Of a stretch of 64,000 bases of DNA, positions 37,423 to 49,200 are shown in pieces. Made by a program: the position numbers and the translations under genes. This DNA comes from Candidatus Bathyarchaeota archaeon (GTDB lineage: Archaea > Thermoproteota > Bathyarchaeia > Bathyarchaeales > Bathycorpusculaceae): assembly GCA_963827165.1 (NCBI GenBank), contig CAWGZR010000009.1, positions 128,001-192,000 of the forward strand. Reading direction: 5' to 3'. How positions within the stretch are numbered: position 1 is the first letter of the stretch; every line of letters starts with the position of its first letter. The notes beneath the pieces are model-generated. The model was not told where the DNA came from. It worked only from the letters and a program-made list of their open reading frames with translations, and ran no database searches.

Positions 37423-38439
37423 TTACAACGTTGTTTGGCCGGGGGTTCTGGGCATGGGAAACGCTGAGATGCCAAGACGTTTTCGAATTTCTTTAGCTAA
37501 AGCTGCCCCTGAGCTTCGATAGTTATCGGTGATGACCTGTTTCGCTTTTGAACGTTTCACGTACTCGATTAACCCGTCAAAATCCGAGTGGTCGCTTAGC
37601 GCCACCAGGTATTCTCTTTCACCGATTTGCCTGCAGGCCGAGTTGAATTCCCATCCGCTAAGACAGATTCGCGCGTTGCGTAGACCTACATAGCCACGGG
37701 CATTCATATGGTAGAACGCGACGCATGGGAGATTACCTTCTAAAAGTTGTCGCCCGTCATCATCGGTTGATAGCGACATGTCGCCCAGCCTCATGCCATG
37801 ATGTTTGCAGACTTGGGCAATTTCGTGAACCCTCTCAGGCATTACAAAAGGTACAGAGACGTCGGCGTCCCTTAGAAGTTGCATCGCTTCTTGAAGTTTC
37901 CCGTGGTACCCGAAAACGTAGACGGCGCCGCCGCGGAGGCGTTTCTCAACCATAGATACGAAAAGCTCGCGCACATCTACGTTGAACCTGCGCCGGCAGG
38001 AGGGGCTGCCATAGGTTGCTTCAACCACAAGCACGTCGCTTTCCACGACTGGTGTGTCGTCGATGCGGAAGTCGCCGCTGTAAACAATTCTTATTCCGCC
38101 CGCGTCCTCAACCAACACCTGTGCAGCGCCCAAAATGTGGTCGGCTTTTACAAGCGTTATTTTTTCGTCGCCGAACACCAGGGGTTCCCCGTATTCTAGC
38201 GTTTGAATCTGGGTGCCCTTAAGATGAAGTGTTTGGTCTAGTTTTTCGGCAAGGTCTCTTGTTGCGCTTGTCATCAAGACTTTTTGGCAACATTTGATGC
38301 TTTTCCTTAAGCCGCCAAGGTGGTCGGCATGGGCGTGGGTTACAATCCTAAGGGGGCGCTTGTCGTCAAACGCGTCGCATGCGACGCTATCCCCTAGCAG
38401 AACTGCACCGTTCTTCGCCACCTGCGCCCTTTCAACCAT
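37423..38439 (-). CDS. metallo-beta-lactamase (beta-CASP-like) nuclease
   Basis: THAHADH, HILGA, YSGD, EATYG, SDHSD. Confidence 0.88.
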   Translation of the reverse strand: MVERAQVAKNGAVLLGDSVACDAFDDKRPLRIVTHAHADHLGGLRKSIKCCQKVLMTSATRDLAEKLDQTLHLKGTQIQTLEYGEPLVFGDEKITLVKADHILGAAQVLVEDAGGIRIVYSGDFRIDDTPVVESDVLVVEATYGSPSCRRRFNVDVRELFVSMVEKRLRGGAVYVFGYHGKLQEAMQLLRDADVSVPFVMPERVHEIAQVCKHHGMRLGDMSLSTDDDGRQLLEGNLPCVAFYHMNARGYVGLRNARICLSGWEFNSACRQIGEREYLVALSDHSDFDGLIEYVKRSKAKQVITDNYRSSGAALAKEIRKRLGISAFPMPRTPGQTTL

Positions 38440-38452
38440 CCTGTGTCCTTGC

Positions 38453-38857
38453 CTATTTTGTTTTTTCAGCCAGCCACTCAACAAGCTGCTGTGGAGTCTC
38501 ACTTGTAATTGTCACCCGTATTGGACCCAGAGGTGACTCCGCGGTTTCCTCCGAAAAAGAAACGTGTCCCGCAAAGGCAACCTGCTTGTTTAAGCAGAAG
38601 CATATGGAGCTTCCTCGTATGCTGTGGAAGAGGGCTTTTCTGGAGGCGTCGCGGATCCTGTCAGTTCGCAACAGGTTCCGAAGTTTAACAAGGGAATCTT
38701 GACCCGATGCTTCAGCAACGAAAACGCTACCTTTGAGGTCAGGTTTAACCGTTACAGAAACTTTGCCGCCTAAAATATTGAAGACCGCCGTTTTGACTTT
38801 TTCTTCAGTTTCGGTCGGGTTAATTTCCGTTTCCACATGAACTGTTACTTGATCCAT
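38453..38857 (-). CDS. UPF0201/DUF54 RNA-binding family protein
   Basis: NPTE..EKV, IRDA, LNKQVA, ESPLGPI. Confidence 0.85.
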   Translation of the reverse strand: MDQVTVHVETEINPTETEEKVKTAVFNILGGKVSVTVKPDLKGSVFVAEASGQDSLVKLRNLLRTDRIRDASRKALFHSIRGSSICFCLNKQVAFAGHVSFSEETAESPLGPIRVTITSETPQQLVEWLAEKTK

Positions 38858-39411
38858 TTTGCCTCTATCCTTTCCAGCGCGTCTCTAATAGTATGCTTAG
38901 CTTCTTCTGCGCTATTATCATTAACTATCAATTGCTCAGCCATCGCTATGACGTTACCTAACCCAACGCTTAGTTCACGCATGTCACGTTCATGGAAGAC
39001 CGCATACACGTCGGGATCGTCACTTCGTCGGCGGGTAAACAAACGGTTAAACCGGGTTTCAGGTGAAGCATAAACACCCACTACCGCAAACTTGGTGAAA
39101 TGCGCTCTGAATGCGTCTACCTCGTAAAGACTCCTTAACCCATCGACAAGAATTTTGGCGGCTGAATGCATCTCAATCTTGGGAATGCATTTTGTCGCAA
39201 CCACGGAGTTTCCACCTTCCACACGCAGTTCAAGCATGACTTTTCCAACGTTTTGCGGAGTCAAATCTAAACCGCGTTTAGCTGTTTCTTCCCTGATCAC
39301 GTCGCCCATCACAACAACAGCGTAGCCTAATTCGCGTGCTGCGTCAACAACCAGTGATTTTCCTGCTCCAGGCATCCCAGCCAGCCCAACAACCAGTTTG
39401 TCAGCGTTCAT
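38845..39411 (-). CDS. UPF0200 P-loop kinase (dephospho-CoA kinase-like)
   Basis: GMPGAGKS, MGDVIREE, VDGLRS, RDMREL. Confidence 0.88.
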   Translation of the reverse strand: MNADKLVVGLAGMPGAGKSLVVDAARELGYAVVVMGDVIREETAKRGLDLTPQNVGKVMLELRVEGGNSVVATKCIPKIEMHSAAKILVDGLRSLYEVDAFRAHFTKFAVVGVYASPETRFNRLFTRRRSDDPDVYAVFHERDMRELSVGLGNVIAMAEQLIVNDNSAEEAKHTIRDALERIEAKWIK

Positions 39412-39681
39412 AGCATACCCTTTTTTGCTTCTATGTCGGTAACTTCCATTAAAGAGTATCTGAAGCACAACCAACCCTTCGGTATCCAACAGGTTGATGA
39501 AGCACAAAAAAAGATACCATTAAAAATTGGCTATACCAAAAAAGGATAGTCAGAAAATCTTTGCGAACCAGTTTTTATTGGAAAACATTTAGGTACTGTC
39601 CGAGAATGACAAAAAGCGTTCTTGAAGCCACGTTAAAGCATTTATGAGTGTAGTCTGCTAAGTATTCTGAAGGTGACTGTT

Positions 39682-40260
39682 ATGTCTGAGAAGATTAGAA
39701 GTTTCATAGCTTTTGATATGGAAAACGAGCAAGTGCTAAGCAGGCTTACTGCCGCACAGAAACTTCTCCAGGAGACAGGCGCCGACCTAAAATTTGTGGC
39801 GCCGCAGAACATCCATATAACCATGCGTTTTCTTGGCGACATCAGCCTTAGTATGGTTGATAAAATCCACGAAGCATTGAAGAACGTTAAATTCTCGCCT
39901 TTTAGCATTCAACTTTGCGGGTTAGGCGTCTTCCCAAGTCTAAATTACCCGAGAGTTGTCTGGGCAGGCATGACTGAGGGCGTGGAAGAACTCAAAAGCA
40001 TCTTCTCGCAGTTGGAGCCGCAGATACGTGCCTTAGGATTTGCCGCAGACGCCTATGGTTTCAGTCCTCACTTAACTATTGCACGAGTTAGATCAGGAGC
40101 CAACAAGCAGCTCCTCGCAGAATTAGTAACCAAAAAATCTGATTACGACTTTGGTACGATTAAAGCGAATTGTTTGCGGCTTAAAAGAAGCCAGCTTTCT
40201 CCTAAGGGTCCAACTTACTCGACGCTAAGAGAATTTTGCCCGGTACCCAAACAAGAATGA
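39682..40260 (+). CDS. thpR: RNA 2',3'-cyclic phosphodiesterase (2H family)
   Basis: Two HxT motifs: HITMRFLG, PHLTIAR. Confidence 0.93.
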   Translation: MSEKIRSFIAFDMENEQVLSRLTAAQKLLQETGADLKFVAPQNIHITMRFLGDISLSMVDKIHEALKNVKFSPFSIQLCGLGVFPSLNYPRVVWAGMTEGVEELKSIFSQLEPQIRALGFAADAYGFSPHLTIARVRSGANKQLLAELVTKKSDYDFGTIKANCLRLKRSQLSPKGPTYSTLREFCPVPKQE

Positions 40261-41678
40261 TTTTCATGCAGGAAATTACTCAGCGAGTTTTAATGCAAAT
40301 TTCGCCAACGGACGAAGACCGCCAGAAAGTTGAGGCTATTACCCGCGAGCTTGAGCAGAAAGTTGCTTTAGCCTGCCAAGAAGAGGGGGTCTCTGCGGTT
40401 GTACGTGTTGAGGGTTCAGTGGCTAAGGACACTTGGCTCCGTGAGAACCCAGACATAGACATCTTTATGCGTTTGCCTACATCGATTCCCAGAAAGAATC
40501 TGGGAGAAGTAGGCTTAAGAATCGCGAGGAAAGCGGCAGTTGGATACAAGCAACTTGAACGATTCGCTGAACACCCTTATCTTCAAATTACCGTGGAGGG
40601 GTATCGCGTCGATATTGTTCCCTGCTATGACGCTAAACCAGGAGAGTGGCAAAGCGCCACAGATCGAACACCCTACCACACTGACTACATAAGAGTACAT
40701 TTGACGACGGGGCTTCGCGGCGAGGTGAGGCTTCTTAAAAGGTTCATGCAGGGCACAGGCGTTTACGGGGCGGAAATTAAAGTCGGCGGCTTCAGCGGAT
40801 ACCTATGCGAACTGTTAATTATGAAGTACGGCACATTTGCAGGAACCCTGCAGGCTTTTGCACACTACAAAAAACGCGTGATAGTCGATATCGAAGATCA
40901 CTATAAAGGCAGACAACATGAGGTTTCCATACTTTTCCCTGAACCATTGATAATCGTTGATCCCGTTGATAAGGGAAGGAATGTCGCTTCAGCTGTGCAA
41001 CCCGAAAAACTTTACAGTTTCATAGCAGCGTCTAGAGCATACCTGCAAAAGCCAGACGAAGCCTTCTTTTTCCCCCCGAATACCGAAGCGCTACCATTTG
41101 AACAACTCAAAACCCTACTGGAGAGTCGCGGGTTATCCACCGTGTTTCTGGTAATAGATCAAGTTTCCGCTGTCCCAGATGTCCTTTGGGGGCAACTCTA
41201 CAAAACAAAGCGGTCGTTACATAAACTTGTAGAGATTAGCGATTACAAGATTCTCAAAGACGCAGTTTGGAGTAACGAAAAAAACCTCAGCGTTTTGGTC
41301 TTCGAGTTGGAGCAACAAGTTTTGCCGAGGGCGAAAAAGCACCTTGGTCCTCCGCTTGAACGGGAACCCGAATGCGAGTCTTTCTTGGGAAAGTACGCTG
41401 CAAATGAGGAGGTCGTTTCTGGACCCTTCGTCGAAGACGGACGCTGGGTTGTGCTGTTGCCACGCAAAACAACGGACATCGTAACTCTACTCAAGGATAA
41501 GCTTGCCGGAGGAGGCAAGAACGCAGGCGTTGCGGACCTTATTGCGGAATCAATCCGAAGGAAACTTATGGTTCTGGTTAACGGCCAAATAGACACAGTT
41601 TACTCTGAGAATACCGATTTCGCGGTTTTCTTAACTAAATTCGTTTCTGGCAAACCGTTCTGGCTCAAACCCCTGTAG
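40257..41678 (+). CDS. cca: class I CCA-adding enzyme
   Basis: GSVAKDTWL..DIDIF, AEHPY, DRTPYHT, GFSGYLCEL. Confidence 0.96.
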   Translation: MIFMQEITQRVLMQISPTDEDRQKVEAITRELEQKVALACQEEGVSAVVRVEGSVAKDTWLRENPDIDIFMRLPTSIPRKNLGEVGLRIARKAAVGYKQLERFAEHPYLQITVEGYRVDIVPCYDAKPGEWQSATDRTPYHTDYIRVHLTTGLRGEVRLLKRFMQGTGVYGAEIKVGGFSGYLCELLIMKYGTFAGTLQAFAHYKKRVIVDIEDHYKGRQHEVSILFPEPLIIVDPVDKGRNVASAVQPEKLYSFIAASRAYLQKPDEAFFFPPNTEALPFEQLKTLLESRGLSTVFLVIDQVSAVPDVLWGQLYKTKRSLHKLVEISDYKILKDAVWSNEKNLSVLVFELEQQVLPRAKKHLGPPLEREPECESFLGKYAANEEVVSGPFVEDGRWVVLLPRKTTDIVTLLKDKLAGGGKNAGVADLIAESIRRKLMVLVNGQIDTVYSENTDFAVFLTKFVSGKPFWLKPL

Positions 41679-41811
41679 AATAAGTTTAGAGTTTTGCCTG
41701 TTACTCAACCTACCCCTTTTCTATTTATAGAGGATTTGGGTGTTCAAAAGAGCCTTTGAGGATAAGTAGACTCCACGGTTTTACTGAGCAATTCGACGGT
41801 AAAGGCTGTTT

Positions 41812-42981
41812 TTACTGGGTTACTGAGTGGTACCAGCTGATTATGTATTCGGGCAGGTTTAGGCCTCTTTGACCGAGCCTTTCAGCAAGCTTAACCGGGA
41901 CTGGACTTAAGGCGAAAGCTGCTCTTGTATAGAATCGCCTTGGGGTGAGTGGTTGGGCTTCTTCGGGAAGGATAAGTTTGAGGTCGGCTTTCTTTGCCAG
42001 TGTTGAATCCTTGGCGCTTGTTATTGCGAAGACAGTTCCAGCGAATTTTTTGATGACGTCAGCCCAAATGATCACGGGTCTTGTTTCGCCCGAATAGGAA
42101 ATTAAGATTTCAAGGTCGCCTGCCCTTGGATGGGGAGTGTTGACGCCTCGGGTGATGTAGACGTTGTCGCCAAGGAAGCTTTTGATGTGGAAAAGTCTGA
42201 CGCCCGTCATTTTGGCGATTTCGTTAGCTGTGCCTTTTCCGCCGAGGAAAACGTTTGTTCGTTTCTCTAGCAAATCGACAAGCTGAGTGTAGGTCTCAGA
42301 GTTAACGTTTGAATCTATGATGTCGCCGATCTTTTCAAGTTCGTCAACACAAAGTTGGAAAACTTCTTCAACTTCCAGGTTTCGGAAGACGGCTTCAACC
42401 ATGCTGTTCAAAAGTTCAAGCGTTCCTAACTCAAATATGTCGCCCATCATTCCTGTTTCGCTGTACTCGGTGCCGGGTTTTGATTTGCCGCGGCCTTTAA
42501 GCTCAACTACGTTTCCGTATTTGCTGACTATGTCTCCCAACGGGGAATCAGGGGCAGAAGTGAATAGACCCATGGAGAACTTGTTTGTTTTTTTCTCTTC
42601 AATGTACTGTGCTAAATCCTGCGCCATCACCAATGGGTCGTCAGAGTAGCCGCTGCCGCTGTTAATAAGAAGCAACGTTCTCTTGTACCTGCTTGCAAGG
42701 TCAGCTGCGGCGTCGTACATGCTTTTTCCGGGGAACCCTGGGTCATCAGGAGTTAAAACTACTTTGTTTCGCCAGCCTGCTTGGCTTAGCGCGATTTGAC
42801 TTAAGGCAGCGTTTAGCGAGTAAAGTGACCTGCCTGATCCGCCACAGATTACGCAGTCAGCAGCTTTTAACTCGTTAAAAAGGGGTGAAAGCTCTCTGTG
42901 CTTAATGCTAAGAATGTTTTCTTGGATTTTGTTAACGTACCCGATGCTGCTGATTTTGCTCTTGATCCCAACAACCCCCAG
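41812..42981 (-). CDS. tandem SIS-domain protein (6-phospho-3-hexuloisomerase-like)
   Basis: Frame open upstream of 42720 with CGGSGRS; NSGSG and ISYSGET motifs; only CTG available as start. Confidence 0.75.
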   Translation of the reverse strand: MGVVGIKSKISSIGYVNKIQENILSIKHRELSPLFNELKAADCVICGGSGRSLYSLNAALSQIALSQAGWRNKVVLTPDDPGFPGKSMYDAAADLASRYKRTLLLINSGSGYSDDPLVMAQDLAQYIEEKKTNKFSMGLFTSAPDSPLGDIVSKYGNVVELKGRGKSKPGTEYSETGMMGDIFELGTLELLNSMVEAVFRNLEVEEVFQLCVDELEKIGDIIDSNVNSETYTQLVDLLEKRTNVFLGGKGTANEIAKMTGVRLFHIKSFLGDNVYITRGVNTPHPRAGDLEILISYSGETRPVIIWADVIKKFAGTVFAITSAKDSTLAKKADLKLILPEEAQPLTPRRFYTRAAFALSPVPVKLAERLGQRGLNLPEYIISWYHSVTQ

Positions 42982-43156
42982 TGCAAAAACATGATTTAAC
43001 GATTCAGTATATTATCCTTGCGCTCAGTAGCATGTAAAAAAACCAAGCGCCCTGCCTAAAGGTAAACTCGCGATTTCTTGACGACGTTTTCCCTGTGGCT
43101 TCGCTAAACGTTTATATTAAAAGAAACATTCAGGCAAAGAGCTAAGTGAAAAAATA

Positions 43157-43794
43157 ATGTCTGCCAAAACAAGTGAAGAGAAATTTCAATTTCTTGCTAA
43201 ATTAGCTTTGGAGAAAGGTGCCGCGGACGCCAAAATTATATCCGCCAACAAAGTTGTCGTTGAAGACCGCGTGGTTCTCAAATGCAAAATCGGCTGCAGC
43301 AACTACGGTAAAACCTTAGCTTGTCCACCATTACACGCCTTCTGCTGAGGAATTCAGGAAAATCGTTGCCGAATACAAATATGCCGTTTTCATGAAGTTC
43401 AAGTCTAAGGCTGCTGCTGACCCTGAGATTCTGAAAAACTTGAACATGGCTGAATCTGACTCAACCGTTGCAAAGGAAGTTAAGGAAGGTGTTGCGAAGT
43501 TTTGGGCTGACTGGAAAGAAGATAAGAAAAACGATGCTTCAGGCAGTGGTTGATTTGGAGAAGGCAGCTATGAAGGAAGGCTACAGCTTGGCCGTAGCGT
43601 TCGTTTCGGGAACCTGCCAACTTTGCGAGAAATGCAACACTCAAACCAGGATTTGTTTGCACCCCGAGTTGGCGCGTTGGTCAGAAGACGCCGTCGGAGT
43701 AAACGTGAAGAAAACCGCAGCCAACGCCGGGAATCGAAGTCACTTTCCATTCACAAAGAACCCTGAATCCTTCGCCTTGCTACTCATAGACTAA
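43157..43794 (+). CDS. DUF2284 Cys-rich metal-binding protein, frameshifted
   Basis: KC..GC.NYG...CPP / G.CQLC..C..C.HP..AR.S.DAVG split over frames. Confidence 0.75.
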
Positions 43795-43857
43795 ACGCCT
43801 ATAGCGCTTAGCAGTTCGAAAGTTTTCAGCGTTACGAAAAGTTAAGCGAAGGAAACA

Positions 43858-44963
43858 TCAAAACCCTTCTATCTCGAGTCTTTTGAGGAAAGCACCCAAT
43901 TTTTCCCATGTTGGATGTTTTCCTTCGGGATCTGACAGGTAGCAGGCTGCAACCGCATTCGCCAACGTCAATCGGCACATGTCTGAAAGACCGTTGCGGT
44001 CGCCGACAATATTACCTGCTGTCCAAGCATCGCCCGCGCCCGTTGCCCGAAGCACCTTAACCCTGAAAGTGGGCGCAACAACCTCCGTTTTTCCCTTCAA
44101 AGTAGCCGAAAAAGCTGTAGGTGTGCAAATCAATTCGCGCCTTCAGATACTCTCGCCAAAACCCTTGCTGCCTCCATCGCCAACTCCTCAAACGGCAAAT
44201 GCTTTTTTTTGTCGTCAAAAGCGCTGTCAAGCAGGCGAGCATACACAATGGCTTCGTTCTCGTTCAGGCTCAAAATGTCGATTAGGTCGGAGTTGAAGGA
44301 TTTTCTTGATTAAGTCAGGAACGCGCCGCGAGGTTTGGCGTTGGGTCGGCGGTGTCATAATAAGTTTTTCCTTTTCCCTGTTTTTTGGTTCGGCTAAAAA
44401 CTGTCTGGGCGAGTTGTGTGCCATTTTTCGTGTGCCAGCCCAATTGAAAAGGCATGTATAGTCCGCATCTTCTATGTCTGCGTAATCGTCTTCGTTGAGG
44501 TCGTCTGGTCCGAAATCGGCCAGGGCGCCTAAGTCGCGTATCATAACGTTTGTTTTTGTGTCTTTGTTCTTGAACTCCAACGCGGTAGTTATCGAAGCTT
44601 TGCCCAAACCTTAACGTGTGAAAGTGTCGACTTCCGTGCCTCTGAAATAGTACTTTAATCTGCTGCAGTCCCCACTCGCTTGTGCACACAATCGGCGTAA
44701 CCTCTGGCTCCCAAGGTTTGCCAGGGCCGATGCCACATTAATTGCGTTTCCACCTTGCATGTCAGTTTGGGGAACGCCGTCTATGCTGCCGCCTTTGCGT
44801 TTTGCAACATCCCCGATTAACCGCGAAAACTCCTTGTGGATTCCAATCCAGGTTGATTAGACGGTCAAGGAAAAAATCAGGTAGAACCGTGACTTTGCAT
44901 TCTTTTCGGCTGTCTGGCTTTACGAGATTTTCCAGTTCTTTTTTGCATTCACAATGGACATGA
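43858..44963 (-). CDS. PfkB family carbohydrate kinase, multiply frameshifted
   Basis: GGNAINVASAL, TGAGDAW, ANAVA fragments in several frames. Confidence 0.78.
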
Positions 44964-45054
44964 GGCTGCTCCTAAGCGGGTATTTCCAAAAAGCTTAAAA
45001 CAGCCTATCCATTAAAAGGTTGTCTAGTGGGAAAAGGAGATTGGGGTAAGGCAT

Positions 45055-45330
45055 TTGAAGTTCAAAACGGAAGTTTGTCTTCTGTCGCTTGCGCTTTCAT
45101 TGTTCGTGGTTAGCGCTTTCTTCTATTCATACCAAACGGGTAACACAAGCGTTGACGTTAAACTGGGGGACTTACCCATATCAGGGCTACAGCCTTGCGT
45201 TGGTTGCTTTCGGCTCGGTTTTAACTCTGGTTGCTTTTGTTTCTTATTCAAAACGCGGCAAAAGTATTTACATTGAAACTCTTGATTTTTCATGCGAGGA
45301 TAAATCTGAACTAGCATCCATAACAAAGTC
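45055..45330 (+). CDS. small membrane protein, frameshifted; 3' end uncertain
   Basis: MKFKTEVCLLSLALSLF... joins YPYQGYSLALVAFGSVL.. via one indel. Confidence 0.45.
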
Positions 45331-46145
45331 CCCGCCATACAGGGCGACGATTAGGCCTGCTGTAATGAATATGAGCATGGGTAATCCTGGGGTTGCCCAA
45401 ACGTAAGTGTCGATTTTTCCTGCTTGAGCGGCGTTAGATAACCGTTCAACGATTCCGTCTCGTCCATCCTCGCTTGGAATAACCACCAGTTTCCGTTTTG
45501 GTTCGCTTTCGCCTTCAGTTTCAACGTCTTCCATTGGGAAAATGTGCCATTTTTCTTTCAATTTCGCAATAGCTCATTTTGTAGCCTGTTATCAGGATAA
45601 GGATTTTCTTCCCAAGCTGACTCATGGGCGAGGGTACCGGTGAACATTTCTTTCCCGTTTTTCTTGTGCCAAACATAATTGCGAAGAATCATGTAAACGC
45701 AGCTTGCTGCGGCAAACAAGACGCCATTGCTGAAGATGGTCATTGGGTAAATGACCTGGGAGACAGGTGACAGGCTATTTGCTATGACGGGCGTGAAGAG
45801 TGCAACTGGAGCAAAAGGCAAGGAAAAGGCAATGCACATAAGTGCTTTTGAGTCGGCGCCGCCGAATGCGCCTGTATAGAAAAGCAGAAACGCTAAGCCG
45901 ACAGTGAAGCCCACGCTAACTCCGAAGAGAATAATTTTGGAGCCCACGCTAACTCCGAAAAGAACAATTTTGGATTGGTCAAAGAGCAGAAGGTCGGATA
46001 CGCTAAGAGCAATCGCTATTGGCGCATAGATCGCCCAAACCCAGTTGCTGACTTCTCGGGTTTTGTAGTCGCTCCAAGACGAGTAAAGCAGGATAGCTAA
46101 GGTAACTGCTACCTGTGACCCGATTAGGAGCATTTGATAGTTCAA
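45268..46145 (-). CDS. prepilin/prearchaellin peptidase (A24, FlaK/PibD-like), frameshifted
   Basis: SDYKTREV, FGGADSKAL catalytic Asp motifs; C-terminal WATPGLPMLIFI in second ORF. Confidence 0.88.
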
Positions 46146-46233
46146 TTTGCCACCTTTCGTTTAAACTGGACTTTAATGCCATTTAAGTAATATGAAAATT
46201 AAATACTTAGCGTAAATAAGATTAAAAAAATGG

Positions 46234-49200
46234 TTAGTTGCCGCATGTCATATCGATGATAGGCGGCATTTCAGCAAGCACCCAAAGTCCAGGCTGAGGC
46301 CAATTGTAGATCGGAACCGAGTTGAACTGTCAAACGTCACGACGGCGCCGATACCATGAGACATCTAAAGCGTTTTGGAAAGTCACTGAATTGAGCGTTA
46401 CTGGAAGTAGCGAGATTGTTTGGGTTGCAGCGTTTGCGCTCAATGCGCCTCTTGGCGTTGCAGGTGACATGCTGTCGAAAACGTAGAGCCCATGGTTAAA
46501 TGCGTCAGTGTACATTATACCTGCGCCAGTGTTTCCGTTTATGAATTCGCTCCAATGATGCACCCAAGTTTGTGCGGCGCTGAAGACTTGAGTTCCGCTT
46601 GCAACTACAGGGTCGCCTTGAGATGTTCCGTTTTCAGTCTGCAGATGTGCTGATAGAAGAAGATAGGGAGAGTGGGCATAGCGAGCTTATTGTGCGAGAT
46701 TGGCGTTGAGCTAGGAACATGAGGCTGAGTTGGTAAGTGAAGTAGGTGGCGTTCGCGGGCAACGTTAGCACGATATCGGCGTAAAAGTTAGGGCAATTAG
46801 TTACTCCGCCGCTCCATTCCGCTTCCTGTTGGACTACGTCACGAACAACCCCATTGTATATCACGTAGTCTATTCCTGATCCGTAAGTGCTCGTCTGCGA
46901 GTTAATCTGCTGCATGAAAGTCGCCTTATCCGTGGTACCGCTTCCAACCAAAGTTGACGTTGCAGTAAATGGGGTGACTCCGAATTGGAGGTTAAGCTGC
47001 CCGTTACTAAGAAAGTTACCGTTTGGGTTGTCACTCCCAAAGTGGCTATCAGTGTATGCTAATGGGGTTTGAACTGCTGGGCTGCTGCCGTTCCACCAAA
47101 GCGTGAAGGCTGAGACGTGGGTATTCACAAGAAAAACAACCATTTGCCTGTTACCGAACACCGTCGAATTGTCTGTTAACCCCAACGGAATGGTGTAGGA
47201 TGAAGCCCAATCTTCAATTTGGAAAGGAACTTGCTCGTTTTTCCCATTTATAGTTTCGTTAACATGCAACGCTTTCACTGGAACCGGCGGAACAGGAATC
47301 AATTGTGTAGTAACCTGCAAATTTTGCCCCAGCCAAATCATCGTTCCATTCTGGAGAAGTTCCACAGCGACGGTCGCAGCTGGATTGTTTAATGCCAAGA
47401 ATAAGTCTTGGTCCGATTCGGGTCTTATCAAAACGGATGCAACCGGCCAACTGTTCTGCGCCGTGTCGCCTGTCTTGGTGAATTTCAATGTGAAAGTCGT
47501 TGAGCCTGAAGTCAAATAGGAATTAATGGACATGTTATTCCAGCCACTGACGAGTCCCGATGAGAGAGTCTGCCATGAAGATGTTGCCGTGTTCCAAGCA
47601 TCGACAGCCACTTGGTTCGAGCCCATGGTGCCTGCATCTATGCAGAGCGCGGGGTGAAGCAGAGTTGTCATGTTTAGGTTTGTCCATTGTTCTTCAAGAT
47701 TAAGTGCGTAAGTAGCAACACCACTTGTAAAGGTAGATGAATCCACGTTTATGTTAAAAGGCGCCGAATTTGTTACGGTTAATCGCATCTTCCAGTTTCC
47801 AATGGCATCTCGGAACTGGGTAGGCGTGGTGGTGATAGTTTGGGGATTTTGCGTTATCGTTGTTCCCAAGGTCGCAGTGAAATATCCGTTGTTCCCGCTG
47901 CTGGGATACTGGCTTGATGCGTAGTTGTAAAGTTGAAAGACGGCAGCTGAATTAGCAACCGTTGAGTCAGCATCTAATTGCCATAAAAGCGTGTTCCAAG
48001 TGTTCAAATTAGAGGCGCCTGAAAGCTCTGCCTCACAAGTGTATTGACCCGGAACCAATATGTTGCCTATGCTCGTTTGCTGTGAAGTTAATAGTCCACT
48101 GTTATCAATCATCAAGTAGGCGTTGGTGGAATCGGTGGTTGATACGCTTGTGTAATAATCTATTTCGAGATAGTCTGTTTGGCTTACGACGGTGTAGGCT
48201 GGAAAGCTGTAGGTCCCTGAAAGTGTGGAGGCAGAAGTTGTCAAAGCCCCGGAGAGAGCTACACCGGTAGCTAGAGTTGTCCTCACTGTACCGCTTGTTT
48301 CCCTTATGAGAATGGTCGCGTCGATTTTTCCAACGGCCGCAGTCGCTACAGGATTAATGACTACTGCGAGGCAGACGTAGCCGACGCTTGACGCTCCAGT
48401 TTGCCAGCTTGAGGTTACTGATCCAACAGAGGGGTTTATCTCGTCTACTCCTTGTCCCTTGTAGTTCTGCCCTGTTTGGCTCCATCTTGAGGTTGGGCCA
48501 CTGTTAGCCGTTAGAGTATATGATGAAGTTGAATAGGTTCCTATGCTGGCATAAACCGCCTGACCCACGCTAGTTGTTGAAACTGAAACTGATTGAGTTT
48601 GGCCATAGTTCGGTGTGGTATTTGAGGTTTGAATGGGGTTTGATGTGTTCACATTTGAGTATGAAGCGGCTCCTCCTACCGCGTAAGTGCTGCTTGAAGT
48701 TCCGGCCAGACTGACTTGGATAGTGTGGCTGCCGGAGGGCGGATTAACTAGGTAGTAAATGTAAGAGTGGACTTGCGGATTTGTGTTGGAAGTATATACA
48801 TTGCTTGGTCCCGGAGTCATTTGTACGTTGTCATAGGTTGGAAGGGAAGAGATTGTTGGGGGAGCCGATGAAGAACTCCCAGCTCTTGACGTCGAAATTG
48901 TGACAACTAGAAGACGATTGCTGCCGCTTCCAACCGTGTGGCTCCATGATAATGAAGAACTTCCGCTGGATGTTGTTGATGACTGCGCATCGTAAGCTAC
49001 TGTTGAAACGGAGTCTTTCCATGCACGGTAGTTAAATGTCCAAGTGTTTGCGGGTAAGGATGCGATTCCTTGGAGACTGTACACTACCTTGCCTAAGAGT
49101 GCGCTGGAAGTTGACATGGATGCGGATAGGGTCAGTCCTGAAGATGTTGCGCCTGATGTTGAGTAACTATAGTAGTTTGCCCCGTTGATGCTGGTTGTTG

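Noticed and set aside
43157-46650. Dense frameshifts across DUF2284, PfkB kinase, prepilin peptidase and adhesin 3' end, suggesting programmed frameshifting or phase variation
   Set aside because: Single-base indels hit unrelated adjacent genes on both strands and the fragments otherwise look well conserved. This is typical of a low-coverage long-read consensus; read remapping would settle it.
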